Shown one piece after another: positions 8,428 to 17,135 of a stretch of 64,000 nt of DNA. The stretch's first letter is position 1. Each line of letters starts with the position of its first letter. Below the pieces are notes generated by a model, which was given only the letters and a program-made list of their open reading frames with translations, was not told the origin of the DNA and did no database searches. Source of the DNA: Minisyncoccota bacterium (GTDB taxonomy: Bacteria > Patescibacteriota > Minisyncoccia > Phycocordibacterales > UBA6065); the NCBI GenBank assembly GCA_036400935.1, contig DASWWW010000003.1, positions 35,716 to 99,715 on the forward strand. Direction: 5' to 3'. The translations under genes were made by a program, and so were the position numbers.

Positions 8428-10299
8428 ATGAAAATTTCTTCAAGGATTGTTGTTGGCGCATTGAGCCTTGCTCTCGCGTTCTCAGCATCTTCTGTTGCAT
8501 CTGCACAGGCAACCATGTCTTATGCAGACCTTATCAAGGCTTTCGTCGCAGCTGGAATCATTTCAGCAGACAAGGCAGCTCAGGCTCAGGCAATCATCTC
8601 TGCTACAGTTTCAACTTCATTCACTCGAGACCTCACTGTAGGTTCTACTGGTGCTGAGGTTACTGCTCTCCAGAATGCTATCGGAGTTACACCAGCTACT
8701 GGTTACTTCGGTTCATTGACAAAGGCAGCTGTTCAGAAGTACCAGGCTTCAAAGGGTATCTCAGCAACAGGTTACGTTGGACCGCTCACACGAGCAGCTC
8801 TCAACGCTTCTGTTACTACTACAACTGGCGGTTCAACAACAACTGGCGGTTCAACTGTTGTTAACTCAGGCGTAGAAGGTACTCTCACTGCAGATCGATT
8901 CTCGATCTCGAACACTACTGCGTACGAGGGTGATTCAATGGTTCCTGTTCTCGCTGTAAAGCTCCAGGCAAAGCTCTCTGACATCACTGTTCAGCGCATC
9001 AAGCTCGACCTCGGTGACTCAACTTCAATCTACACAAAGGTCTTCAAGACTCTCTATGTAGTTGACGATGCAGGCAACGTTGTTGCACGAGCAGATCTCA
9101 ACAGCAACACTGTTGTTAAGAACGACGGTCGCTACGAGCTCACCTTCGGTGGCTTTAGCTACAATGTCGCTAAGGACTCTTCAAAGGTTCTTACCATAAA
9201 GGGCGATGTCTACAGCTCAATCAAGACTGCAGACCAGGGTACTAAGACTATCCGACTCGCAACTGACGGCATCCGAGGTGTTGACGGTGCAGGTATCGAC
9301 CAGTACGCTGGCGGTACATCTGTAACTCAGAACATCACGATCGCTACGACTCTTGCTGACTCAGCAACTATGAGCCTCTCGACAAACTCATCGAACTACA
9401 AGACGACTGAGGTTGTTGCGGCAAACGGTTCTGAGGAGGATGAGCTCGACAAGCTTGCTGTCCTCGCGTTTGACCTCAAGGCAAACAAGGCAGACCTCGA
9501 CGTAACTGATCTCGCAGTTCGACTTACCACTTCTGGTACAGCGACAGCGACAACAGCTTACCTCTACGATGGTTCTACTCTCCTCGCAACTGAGTCTATC
9601 AACGGTGGCGTAGCAGCGTTCAACGACTCGAACGAGCTCTTCACAGTTGCAAAGGATTCTACAAAGACTCTCACTGTTAAGATCGACATCCGAGACGCAG
9701 CATCGTCGGCAACGACTTTCACCGCTCGCGTAGAGGCTGCAGATATCTCAGCTGAGAACGTTGCATCAGAGTCAAAGACAACTACAGGTTCAGCAACTGG
9801 TGAAGCTATGGTAGTTCGAAACGTTGGCCCAGTATTCTCGCTCTTGAGCAAGAACATCTCGGTTAGCGGTACAAACAACTCTGGTTCTACACTCTCGACC
9901 TCAACCATCACAGCGACATTCTCGCTCCAGGTTCAGGCTCTCGGTGGAGACATCACCTTCGGATCACAGGCTTCTGCAACTCCTATGTTCGGATTCAAGA
10001 CATACGATGTAGCAGGTTCTGAGGTCACAAGCGTATCTTCAACTACTGGTTTCACTATCCCTTCATCGGGCGTAGTAACAGCAGGCCTCACAAACAGCTT
10101 CACTGTTCAGGAGAACAACACTGTAACTCTTAACCCAATCACAGTTACGATTGCTGGTAAGGATACAGCTGGTGCTCCACGAAACGCGATTGCTGTTGCG
10201 ATTGACTCGATCAAGTGGATCGGTACAACTGCAGGCGTTCAGACTTCAAACTTCATGTCAGGTAAGACTGAGTGGAGGACAAACACACAGACTCCTTAA
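8428..10299 (+). CDS. Secreted cell-surface protein: signal peptide, peptidoglycan-binding domain (PG_binding_1-like), then repeated Ig-like Ser/Thr-rich domains. It is S-layer-like and likely abundant.
   Basis: Signal peptide MKISSRIVVGALSLALAFSASSVASA. The PG-binding motif is TGAEVTALQNAIGV...GYFGSLTKAAVQKYQASKGISATGYVGPLTRAAL. The rest is Thr/Ser-rich repeats. Codon usage (gct/gca/tct/act/gtt/ggt/cga) matches rplJ, rplL and pyk, not the bulk genome. Confidence 0.8.
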   Translation: MKISSRIVVGALSLALAFSASSVASAQATMSYADLIKAFVAAGIISADKAAQAQAIISATVSTSFTRDLTVGSTGAEVTALQNAIGVTPATGYFGSLTKAAVQKYQASKGISATGYVGPLTRAALNASVTTTTGGSTTTGGSTVVNSGVEGTLTADRFSISNTTAYEGDSMVPVLAVKLQAKLSDITVQRIKLDLGDSTSIYTKVFKTLYVVDDAGNVVARADLNSNTVVKNDGRYELTFGGFSYNVAKDSSKVLTIKGDVYSSIKTADQGTKTIRLATDGIRGVDGAGIDQYAGGTSVTQNITIATTLADSATMSLSTNSSNYKTTEVVAANGSEEDELDKLAVLAFDLKANKADLDVTDLAVRLTTSGTATATTAYLYDGSTLLATESINGGVAAFNDSNELFTVAKDSTKTLTVKIDIRDAASSATTFTARVEAADISAENVASESKTTTGSATGEAMVVRNVGPVFSLLSKNISVSGTNNSGSTLSTSTITATFSLQVQALGGDITFGSQASATPMFGFKTYDVAGSEVTSVSSTTGFTIPSSGVVTAGLTNSFTVQENNTVTLNPITVTIAGKDTAGAPRNAIAVAIDSIKWIGTTAGVQTSNFMSGKTEWRTNTQTP

Positions 10300-10355
10300 C
10301 CGGAATCTGTACGGACCGGACGCTAAGCCGCAAGGCCTAACGTAAGGTAAGTCGA

Positions 10356-10390
10356 AAAACACCCCTTCTTTCGAAGGGGTGTTTTTCGTT
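10356..10390 (+). terminator. Rho-independent terminator.
   Basis: aaaaacaccccttc-tttc-gaaggggtgttttt hairpin. Confidence 0.6.
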
Positions 10391-10410
10391 GTCTGGGATA
10401 TAATAATCGC

Positions 10411-11400
10411 ATGAAGAAAAATACAGAACAGGGCGGCTTTGTCATAAAGCTCATGATCATAGTCGTCGGCGCCTGCGTCATGTTCCTCGTGTTGGCCGTG
10501 CTCGCAAACGGCACCCTGGGATCGATTAACCTCAGCGCTCCGATAGGGGACCTGACGGAGCGAAATCCGAATACCGATTATTACGATGGCCGCATTAACC
10601 CGCTGCTCGATTTCGGCGATGGCACCGGATTCATCGACGACAGCACCCGGTCGACCCCGAATACCGATGGCAAGGGCGTTTCGGCGTACTCGAACGCCAT
10701 CAGCTTCTCTGCGGGCAATACATCGACGAGCCAGCCGCATGAGGAGTATCTCGTCTTGCGCAATTCCGGCAAGACTCCCATCGATATAACCGGCTGGGCG
10801 ATCATGAACGGAAAGGGCAGCCGTCCGATCCAAAACAGCGGCAACAGCTATTTCTATCCATCCGCTGATGTCGCCGTCATCGGGCAGGGAACCGAGTTTC
10901 TCGATCCGTCGGGCCGATCGAATATCGGCAATATCGTCCTCAAGCCGGGCGATACCGCGTACATAACAACGGGCGGTCCGTTTGCGCAGTTCCCGTTTCC
11001 GATCGCAACGTCGTTCCGCGAGAATATCTGCCAAGGGTATTTGGAGGACTATCCATTCTTCCCGCGCTTGCAGCAGTCGTGCCCGTCTATCGCGGCTGAT
11101 CCCCAGATAAGGACCGTCACCGACGAGTGCTACGACTACATCACGTCGCTCGCACGCTGCCCGAACCCTCAGCGTACCGAGCGAAAGGTCTACGACCAGC
11201 AGCCGTCGCACTGCAAGGCATTCATCGAGGCCCGCGTCGGATACAAGGCTTGCGTTGCCCAGAACGGCAACGTCTCGGGATTCTCTCTCAAGCAGTGGCG
11301 CGTATTCCTCGGCCAAAAGAGGGAGATGTGGGCGAACAGCCGCGAGACCATCACCCTGTACGACTCGAAGGGAACGGTGGTCGACCAGATCAGCTACTAG
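10411..11400 (+). CDS. Membrane-anchored lamin-tail-domain (LTD) protein.
   Basis: N-terminal TM helix followed by an LTD-like segment (HEEYLVLRNSGKTPIDITGWAIMNGKG...FYPSADVAVIGQGTEF) and a Cys-containing C-terminal part. The antisense ORF 10258-11316 is rejected. Confidence 0.65.
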   Translation: MKKNTEQGGFVIKLMIIVVGACVMFLVLAVLANGTLGSINLSAPIGDLTERNPNTDYYDGRINPLLDFGDGTGFIDDSTRSTPNTDGKGVSAYSNAISFSAGNTSTSQPHEEYLVLRNSGKTPIDITGWAIMNGKGSRPIQNSGNSYFYPSADVAVIGQGTEFLDPSGRSNIGNIVLKPGDTAYITTGGPFAQFPFPIATSFRENICQGYLEDYPFFPRLQQSCPSIAADPQIRTVTDECYDYITSLARCPNPQRTERKVYDQQPSHCKAFIEARVGYKACVAQNGNVSGFSLKQWRVFLGQKREMWANSRETITLYDSKGTVVDQISY

Positions 11401-11486
11401 TTATCAACAGGGAAGGGTGAATCTTTAGGGTTTCTTTATGGCCGTGCTGAGATGATAGCCTGATGGAAAAGGTATTTCATTCAAAT

Positions 11487-11519
11487 AAAAAGCCGCGCAC
11501 GAAGTGCGCGGCTTTTTTC
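11487..11519 (+). terminator. Rho-independent terminator.
   Basis: aaaaagccgcgcac-gaa-gtgcgcggctttttt hairpin. Confidence 0.55.
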
Positions 11520-11543
11520 TATTCACATAAAGAAAAAATAAAA

Positions 11544-12812
11544 ATGCTCAGAAAATTAGCGAAAAGCGCGACCGTTTTCTGCTTTCTGCTGGCGGCACCC
11601 GTCATGGTTTATGGCCAGGTTAAGTTCAGCGAGATCATGTATGACATTGAAGGGGCGGATACTGGAAGGGAATGGATCGAGGTCCAAAATACTGGTGATA
11701 GCGGAATAGACCTCACTGCTTGGAAACTCTTTGAGGCAAACAGCAATCATAAGATTTCAGCAATCGGCGATGCAATCCTTCCGGCCTTGGGATATGCGAT
11801 TATCACTGACAATCCGGAAAAATTCAAAGCAGACAACCCGCAGTTTTCAGGATTGCTATACGATAGCGCTTTTTCGCTCAGTAATGACGGGGAAACGATA
11901 GTTCTTCGGAACGAATCGTCGGTAGATTCTGATACGGTCTCATATACGCCGGATATGGGTGCTCTGGGCGACGGGACTTCTCTTCAAAAGATCTCTTCTG
12001 GATGGATATCGGCCGTGCCTACGCCCGGATCGCTAACTACTGCGACTGAATCCTATCATCCGACGACTCTCGATAATGATAGCGGCAACCAGGGATCAAC
12101 GACGACCTCCGATAATTCGAGCGATCAGGGCAATGCGACCGATTCGAACAGTACGAGACTCTCGGACTATTCAGCCCATTCGGCTCAGGCTGCGGCAACG
12201 GTCTCGTACGACATCCCTGAGTTTCAGGTTACGGCCGGCCGAGCGCGCCTGGGATTCGTCGGGACGCCGATCTTCTTTGAGGCCAAGATAAAGGCCGCTA
12301 AGAATCTCTTGTCGGGCGGCCTCGGTGCCGAGTGGTCCATGGGTGACGGCACCGAAAAGGCGGGCCAGACGATATATCACACATATCAGTTTGCTGGAGA
12401 TTATGTCGTCATTCTTAATGCGCAACTCGGAGGATCCTCTGCAGTGTCCAAGATTCAGGTAAAGATTGTCGATCCATCCGTTGAGATCGTTTCAAGTCCT
12501 GCCGGCTATATCGAGATATCAAACGCTTCCGACAACGAGCTCAATATCGGCGGCTGGATTCTCGAAACGGTCGGCGCCAGATCGATCCTTCCGCGAGACA
12601 TTTTGATTCAGTCTAAGTCCTCTATAAAAATCCCTGTCGGCGTTATCGGAATGAGGGAGCAGAGAGAATATGTCAGGCTGGCGAATCCCTCGGGAAAGAT
12701 TGTCGCGATTACCGGAGCAGCCTCAATGGTGGGCGAAACCCTCATTATCTTGCCTGACGGCATCGACAGCTCGGACATTATAAGCAGGCTCGAAGGCGTA
12801 ATTGTTAAATGA
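11544..12812 (+). CDS. Secreted protein with two lamin-tail-domain (LTD) modules.
   Basis: Signal peptide MLRKLAKSATVFCFLLAAPVMVYGQ. LTD 1 is FSEIMYDIEGADTGREWIEVQNTGDSGIDLTAWKL...NDGETIVLRN. LTD 2 is GYIEISNASDNELNIGGWILETVG. Start moved to ATG 11544, downstream of the terminator, instead of the tool's 11463. Confidence 0.65.
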   Translation: MLRKLAKSATVFCFLLAAPVMVYGQVKFSEIMYDIEGADTGREWIEVQNTGDSGIDLTAWKLFEANSNHKISAIGDAILPALGYAIITDNPEKFKADNPQFSGLLYDSAFSLSNDGETIVLRNESSVDSDTVSYTPDMGALGDGTSLQKISSGWISAVPTPGSLTTATESYHPTTLDNDSGNQGSTTTSDNSSDQGNATDSNSTRLSDYSAHSAQAAATVSYDIPEFQVTAGRARLGFVGTPIFFEAKIKAAKNLLSGGLGAEWSMGDGTEKAGQTIYHTYQFAGDYVVILNAQLGGSSAVSKIQVKIVDPSVEIVSSPAGYIEISNASDNELNIGGWILETVGARSILPRDILIQSKSSIKIPVGVIGMREQREYVRLANPSGKIVAITGAASMVGETLIILPDGIDSSDIISRLEGVIVK

Positions 12813-12813
12813 T

Positions 12814-15800
12814 ATGATGTACCCATGTTCGACAAGACTTTCTTTAAATTCGCGTTTGGTTTCCTTGCTATCGTCGCGATCAGCCTCTGCTTCATCTACT
12901 TTAACGGCACCGTCTCGCGATAGGGCTCTCGGCTGCTTGCCGCTATTACTTTCGAGGTTTGCCTTGCTTCTTATTGTGTGCGCAAGCCTCTTTCTGTTCG
13001 AAAAGGCTGAGGCCTATGTCATTGCCCCGCAGGAGATAATTACCGATGCTGTTTGGACAAAGGAGCTCGGTCCATACCTTGTGTTTGGTGAGTTAAAGAT
13101 TGGTTCTGGCGCGACTCTTACAATATCGCCCGGAACTGTCGTAGCTCTGCAGGGCGAGCCCATAACCATACAGGGGACGTTCCGTATTGTTGGCGATCCT
13201 TTAGACAAAATCCGGTTTGTATCAATATCAGAATCCAGTCTTCCATATCCAGAAACTATCACTCCAAGTACTGCCGTTAATCTGCAGCTCGAGGTCGATC
13301 AGGGATCTGTTTCTATTGAGAATGTTGATATTCCGGGCACGATGTTTATCGGAGCACGTGGCGGAGGGGTATCGGTGAGATCGGCGACTGCGCGCAGTAC
13401 TGGCTGGCGCCTTTCGTCGGGCGCTCGAATAGATTTCGATAACGTTCATCTGGGCAATGCGCTCATAAGGACGTTGTCGGACGGTGCTGAGCTTGCAGCG
13501 CGATTGTCATCGTTCCCTCAGGGATATTGGTCTATCAGAGACGGCGCGCGTCTGAATCTCGTCGATTGCGATCTGACCGATTTTGGCGGTTTTGAAATAT
13601 CTGGCGGTTATGGGACGTTCGAGAAGACGTCCTTTGCCGATTCATCAGGAAGCTTTGCGGTCCAAGCGGGCGGATCGGCGCTGTTTAAGGATTCTCTCAT
13701 AAGGGACTTTTCGGCAAACAAGGTTTTTGAGGTCTCCGGGCATTCAAGCGTTCTATTCGAAAGCTCGCGAGTGTCTCCAGTGCGATCTGATTTTGCTTTG
13801 CTCAAAGAAGGATCGGTTCTGGCGGCTACGTCGACGATAATAGAGAATGTTTTAAACGGAGCGATCCAGGGCGTGGGGCGGTCTAGAATTTCCCTCTATG
13901 ATACAAGCTTGCGGAATACCCTGTCGGGACAACCGAGCGCTTTTCTTGTTTTGCTGGCCGGCTCGACTTTATCGGCTGACAAATCGATCTTTTCAAGCAG
14001 TACCGGATTTGCTATCGGCACCGAGCGTGTCGACGGGTTGGGGCCGAGTGAATTAGACATACGCAATTCCGTCATTTCTGACTACGGTAATGTTGGTGTT
14101 TTTGCCGGCCATGCAACTGGTACACTGCGGGGCGTAGAAATACGGAAAGGAGGGATTGGCGTAATGTCGGATGGGTCTCATTTGGATATATCGAATTCTT
14201 CTTTCGCTGAGAGTGCGTCTGCGGCGGTAGAAAATACTAGTCCGAGCAATGCCGTTATCGCAAAGAATAATTTCTGGGGCGACGCCTCTGGCCCCGGCAA
14301 CCAGTCCTCGAATCCGGAAGGGAGAGGGGATCGAGTTTCTGAGGGCGTCATCTACTCCCCGTGGCTTTCATATGATCCCAACGGCCCTTGCTGTTCGAGC
14401 GTTTTGTTCGTGCCGGGATTTCAGGCAACCAGGCTCTATTCCTCCGAAGGAGACGGGGTACGCTTGTGGGAGCCGTCGATCGTCGGGAGGGGGGATATCA
14501 GGGAGCTTTTTCTCAATGATCGGGGACAGAGCATGCGCTCGGATATTGTCGCCAAAGAAATCATAGACGAAGCATTGGCGCCGGTAATCGGTTCCAACAT
14601 ATACAAGTCATTTATCGCTGATATGGACGCGCTTAAGTTGAGTGGCACTTTTGCAGATTGGCGCCCGTTTCCTTATGATTGGCGTTTCTCAGTCGACGAC
14701 ATTGTCGATGCGAGCGATATTGTTGATCAGATAAGAGGAATGGCTGAGAGTTCCAAAACGGGCAGGGTAACGATTATCGCGCATTCGAACGGAGGGTTGG
14801 TGGCGAAGGCCATCATGCTGCGGCTGCGAGAGCTAGGAATAGAATACCTGGTCGATACGCTCGCGCTTGTTGCTTCGCCGCAGAGCGGAACGCCTCTAGC
14901 AATCGGCGCGCTACTTCATGGGTTTGATCAGGGCATACCGCTTTTGGCGCCCACAAAGGAAATGAGGGTATTGGGTCAGAACATGCCTGGTGCATACGGA
15001 TTGCTGCCTTCGCCCGATTATTTCAGGGAGGATGGCCAAGCTCTAATATCTTTTGATGCTTCTTCGACCATGTCTTGGATGCGAAACTCGCTTTTGGCCT
15101 TTGGAGAATCGATTTTATCTTATGCATCTTTGAATGGTTTTTTGAAGGCTGTCGACGGCCGTTTTTCTCCAGAGAGTTCAGATCTGGCTTCTCCGAGCGT
15201 TTTGAATTCAGGCTTAATCGATTCCGGGCAGGAGATGCACAGGATCATTGATGGATGGGTTCCGCCCATGAATCTGAGGGTCATACAAATAGCCGGACAA
15301 GGAGAGGATACCGTCAGCGGTCTGAGATACTACGAGGGCAGAAAGAGAGGTGAGCCTGTCCTCAGGTATGACCCTCTGTTTACGTCGGCCGGCGATGAGA
15401 CTGTCGTGGCGTCGAGCGCTCTGAGCCTGTTTTCGCTACCTCAGGTTTCTAGCTATATTGTTGACTTGGCGCAGGCAAATCTCGGATTGTCGGTGCGTAG
15501 AAGCCATGCCGATATTCTCGAACTCGCTCCCGTCAGAGACCTCTTGCAGAAAATAATTGCGCGAGAGCCTGATTCTCTGCGGATAGAGGGCGTGATGTCT
15601 CTTTCGGACGATGAGCTGTCTGAGGATCAAAAGTCAGGAATTCGGCTCCTTCTTCATTCGGATGCCTTTGCGATGAGCGTCTATGATTCCTTTGGCAATC
15701 ATACAGGAATCTCTACGAGCACGGGAAGGATTGAGGAGCTGATACCGAATAGCTCATACGGAAGGTTTGGCGATGTCGCTCACGTTAGCATCAAATCGAC

Positions 15801-16425
15801 AGATTCCTCCAGTCTTCGTGTCGCCATGCAGCCGTCCTTTCATATAATGATTCGACCAGCCGATGTTGATAGGGCGGAAAGGGAGCCTTACACTCTTGAT
15901 GTCGTACGATTCAGGGGCAACGAGGTTGTCTCCTCGATCTCGTATATCGATATACCAGCGTCCGCGTCATCGATCTCGAGTCTTGATGTATCGGGGCAGG
16001 AGATTCCTTCGCAGCTGATGGTGGATCAAGACGGGGATGGCGATATCGATATCGAATTTATTCCAGGATTACGTCCAGAATCAGAGCCGGATGAAGCGGT
16101 AGCTGTGCCGGTCGAGATCTCGTCCTCTAAAAGAGGAAGTGGGAGAGCGGCCAGGATTGCGATTGGCTTGCATGATGCCGGGCATCTTGAGAGAGCTCCT
16201 CGGGATGTTGCTTCCAGTGAAATTACAGAGACACAAAAGCCTGCCGGACCTAATTTAACCTTTAGAATGGCGACAGGAAGCCCGCGGGCCAATTTGCCGA
16301 CTACTTTGGTGCAGACCGCATCGGTTTTCCAAGGAGTGGATGGCGACGGAATCAAAGTCTGGCTAAAGGCGATTATTTCTAGGCTAATTCAATTTGCTGA
16401 AAGGCTGAAGCACTGGGCATGGTAA
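12814..16425 (+). CDS. Giant 1203-aa signal-anchored protein: right-handed parallel beta-helix repeats, then an alpha/beta-hydrolase (lipase-like) domain, then a C-terminal region with a Ca-binding-like DxDGDGDID motif.
   Basis: Hydrophobic anchor LPLLLSRFALLLIVCASLFLF. Repetitive G/S/N-rich beta-helix segments. Lipase-like nucleophile elbow IIAHSNGGL (AHSxG, as in class-2 lipases) near aa 658. DQDGDGDIDIEF near the C-terminus. Its start abuts the stop of the 11544 gene. Confidence 0.7.
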   Translation: MMYPCSTRLSLNSRLVSLLSSRSASASSTLTAPSRDRALGCLPLLLSRFALLLIVCASLFLFEKAEAYVIAPQEIITDAVWTKELGPYLVFGELKIGSGATLTISPGTVVALQGEPITIQGTFRIVGDPLDKIRFVSISESSLPYPETITPSTAVNLQLEVDQGSVSIENVDIPGTMFIGARGGGVSVRSATARSTGWRLSSGARIDFDNVHLGNALIRTLSDGAELAARLSSFPQGYWSIRDGARLNLVDCDLTDFGGFEISGGYGTFEKTSFADSSGSFAVQAGGSALFKDSLIRDFSANKVFEVSGHSSVLFESSRVSPVRSDFALLKEGSVLAATSTIIENVLNGAIQGVGRSRISLYDTSLRNTLSGQPSAFLVLLAGSTLSADKSIFSSSTGFAIGTERVDGLGPSELDIRNSVISDYGNVGVFAGHATGTLRGVEIRKGGIGVMSDGSHLDISNSSFAESASAAVENTSPSNAVIAKNNFWGDASGPGNQSSNPEGRGDRVSEGVIYSPWLSYDPNGPCCSSVLFVPGFQATRLYSSEGDGVRLWEPSIVGRGDIRELFLNDRGQSMRSDIVAKEIIDEALAPVIGSNIYKSFIADMDALKLSGTFADWRPFPYDWRFSVDDIVDASDIVDQIRGMAESSKTGRVTIIAHSNGGLVAKAIMLRLRELGIEYLVDTLALVASPQSGTPLAIGALLHGFDQGIPLLAPTKEMRVLGQNMPGAYGLLPSPDYFREDGQALISFDASSTMSWMRNSLLAFGESILSYASLNGFLKAVDGRFSPESSDLASPSVLNSGLIDSGQEMHRIIDGWVPPMNLRVIQIAGQGEDTVSGLRYYEGRKRGEPVLRYDPLFTSAGDETVVASSALSLFSLPQVSSYIVDLAQANLGLSVRRSHADILELAPVRDLLQKIIAREPDSLRIEGVMSLSDDELSEDQKSGIRLLLHSDAFAMSVYDSFGNHTGISTSTGRIEELIPNSSYGRFGDVAHVSIKSTDSSSLRVAMQPSFHIMIRPADVDRAEREPYTLDVVRFRGNEVVSSISYIDIPASASSISSLDVSGQEIPSQLMVDQDGDGDIDIEFIPGLRPESEPDEAVAVPVEISSSKRGSGRAARIAIGLHDAGHLERAPRDVASSEITETQKPAGPNLTFRMATGSPRANLPTTLVQTASVFQGVDGDGIKVWLKAIISRLIQFAERLKHWAW

Positions 16426-16459
16426 AATGATCTTTGTAACCCTCCTAACCAACCTACAT

Positions 16460-17131
16460 ATGAAAAAAATAATCTGGATCATAATTGCCGTCATCGCCGT
16501 TGCCGCAATTGCGACATTCGCGTATTTCCTAAAGCCCGTATCGGCCCCTTCGCAGGATATAAACGAGGTGACCTCTAAATTGCCTGCGGGATCGGCTACA
16601 TCGAGCGTGTACCGCATTTCTCAGAAGGAATCGCTCGTCACCTTCACCATGAACGAGCTCCTTCGGGGCAAGCCTTTCCTCGTCGTCGGAACTACCACCC
16701 AGATCGCGGGCGATATCGCCGTTAAGGACGGCAAGTTCGATATAGGGGAGCTCGCCATCAATGCAAAGACTCTCGTCACCGACAGCGCCTCCCGAAACGG
16801 CGCGATCGCCCGAGCCATCCTCAAGTCGGAGACTCCAGGAAACGAGTTCATGATCTTCAGGCCGTCTTCTAACGACTTTACGGGCGCTCTCGCCATGGGC
16901 AAGGAGGTCTCGTTCAACGTCATGGGCGACCTGACCATCTCAGGTGTTACCAAGCCGGTAACGTTCAAGGTGACGGCCACCGTAGAGGCGGGTAAGGTCA
17001 CGGGAACCGCTACGACAACCCTCAAGCGCTCTGACTTCAACCTCAAGATCCCGGACCTTTCGTTCATCGCCAATGTCGACGACGAATTCCCGGTCACCGC
17101 AAAGATCGTCGCTGACAGGGTAATGTACTAG
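16460..17131 (+). CDS. YceI-like domain protein, membrane-anchored or secreted.
   Basis: N-terminal hydrophobic helix followed by a YceI-like fold (YRISQKESLVTFTMNELLRGKPFLVVGTT...VSFNVMGDLTISGVTKPVTFKVTA). Confidence 0.65.
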   Translation: MKKIIWIIIAVIAVAAIATFAYFLKPVSAPSQDINEVTSKLPAGSATSSVYRISQKESLVTFTMNELLRGKPFLVVGTTTQIAGDIAVKDGKFDIGELAINAKTLVTDSASRNGAIARAILKSETPGNEFMIFRPSSNDFTGALAMGKEVSFNVMGDLTISGVTKPVTFKVTATVEAGKVTGTATTTLKRSDFNLKIPDLSFIANVDDEFPVTAKIVADRVMY

Positions 17132-17135
17132 CCTG

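Noticed and set aside
10258-11316. 352-aa minus-strand ORF.
   Set aside because: It is antisense to the LTD-protein gene, which has a TM anchor, a conserved domain, a terminator upstream and a sensible start. The minus-strand ORF runs through that terminator.
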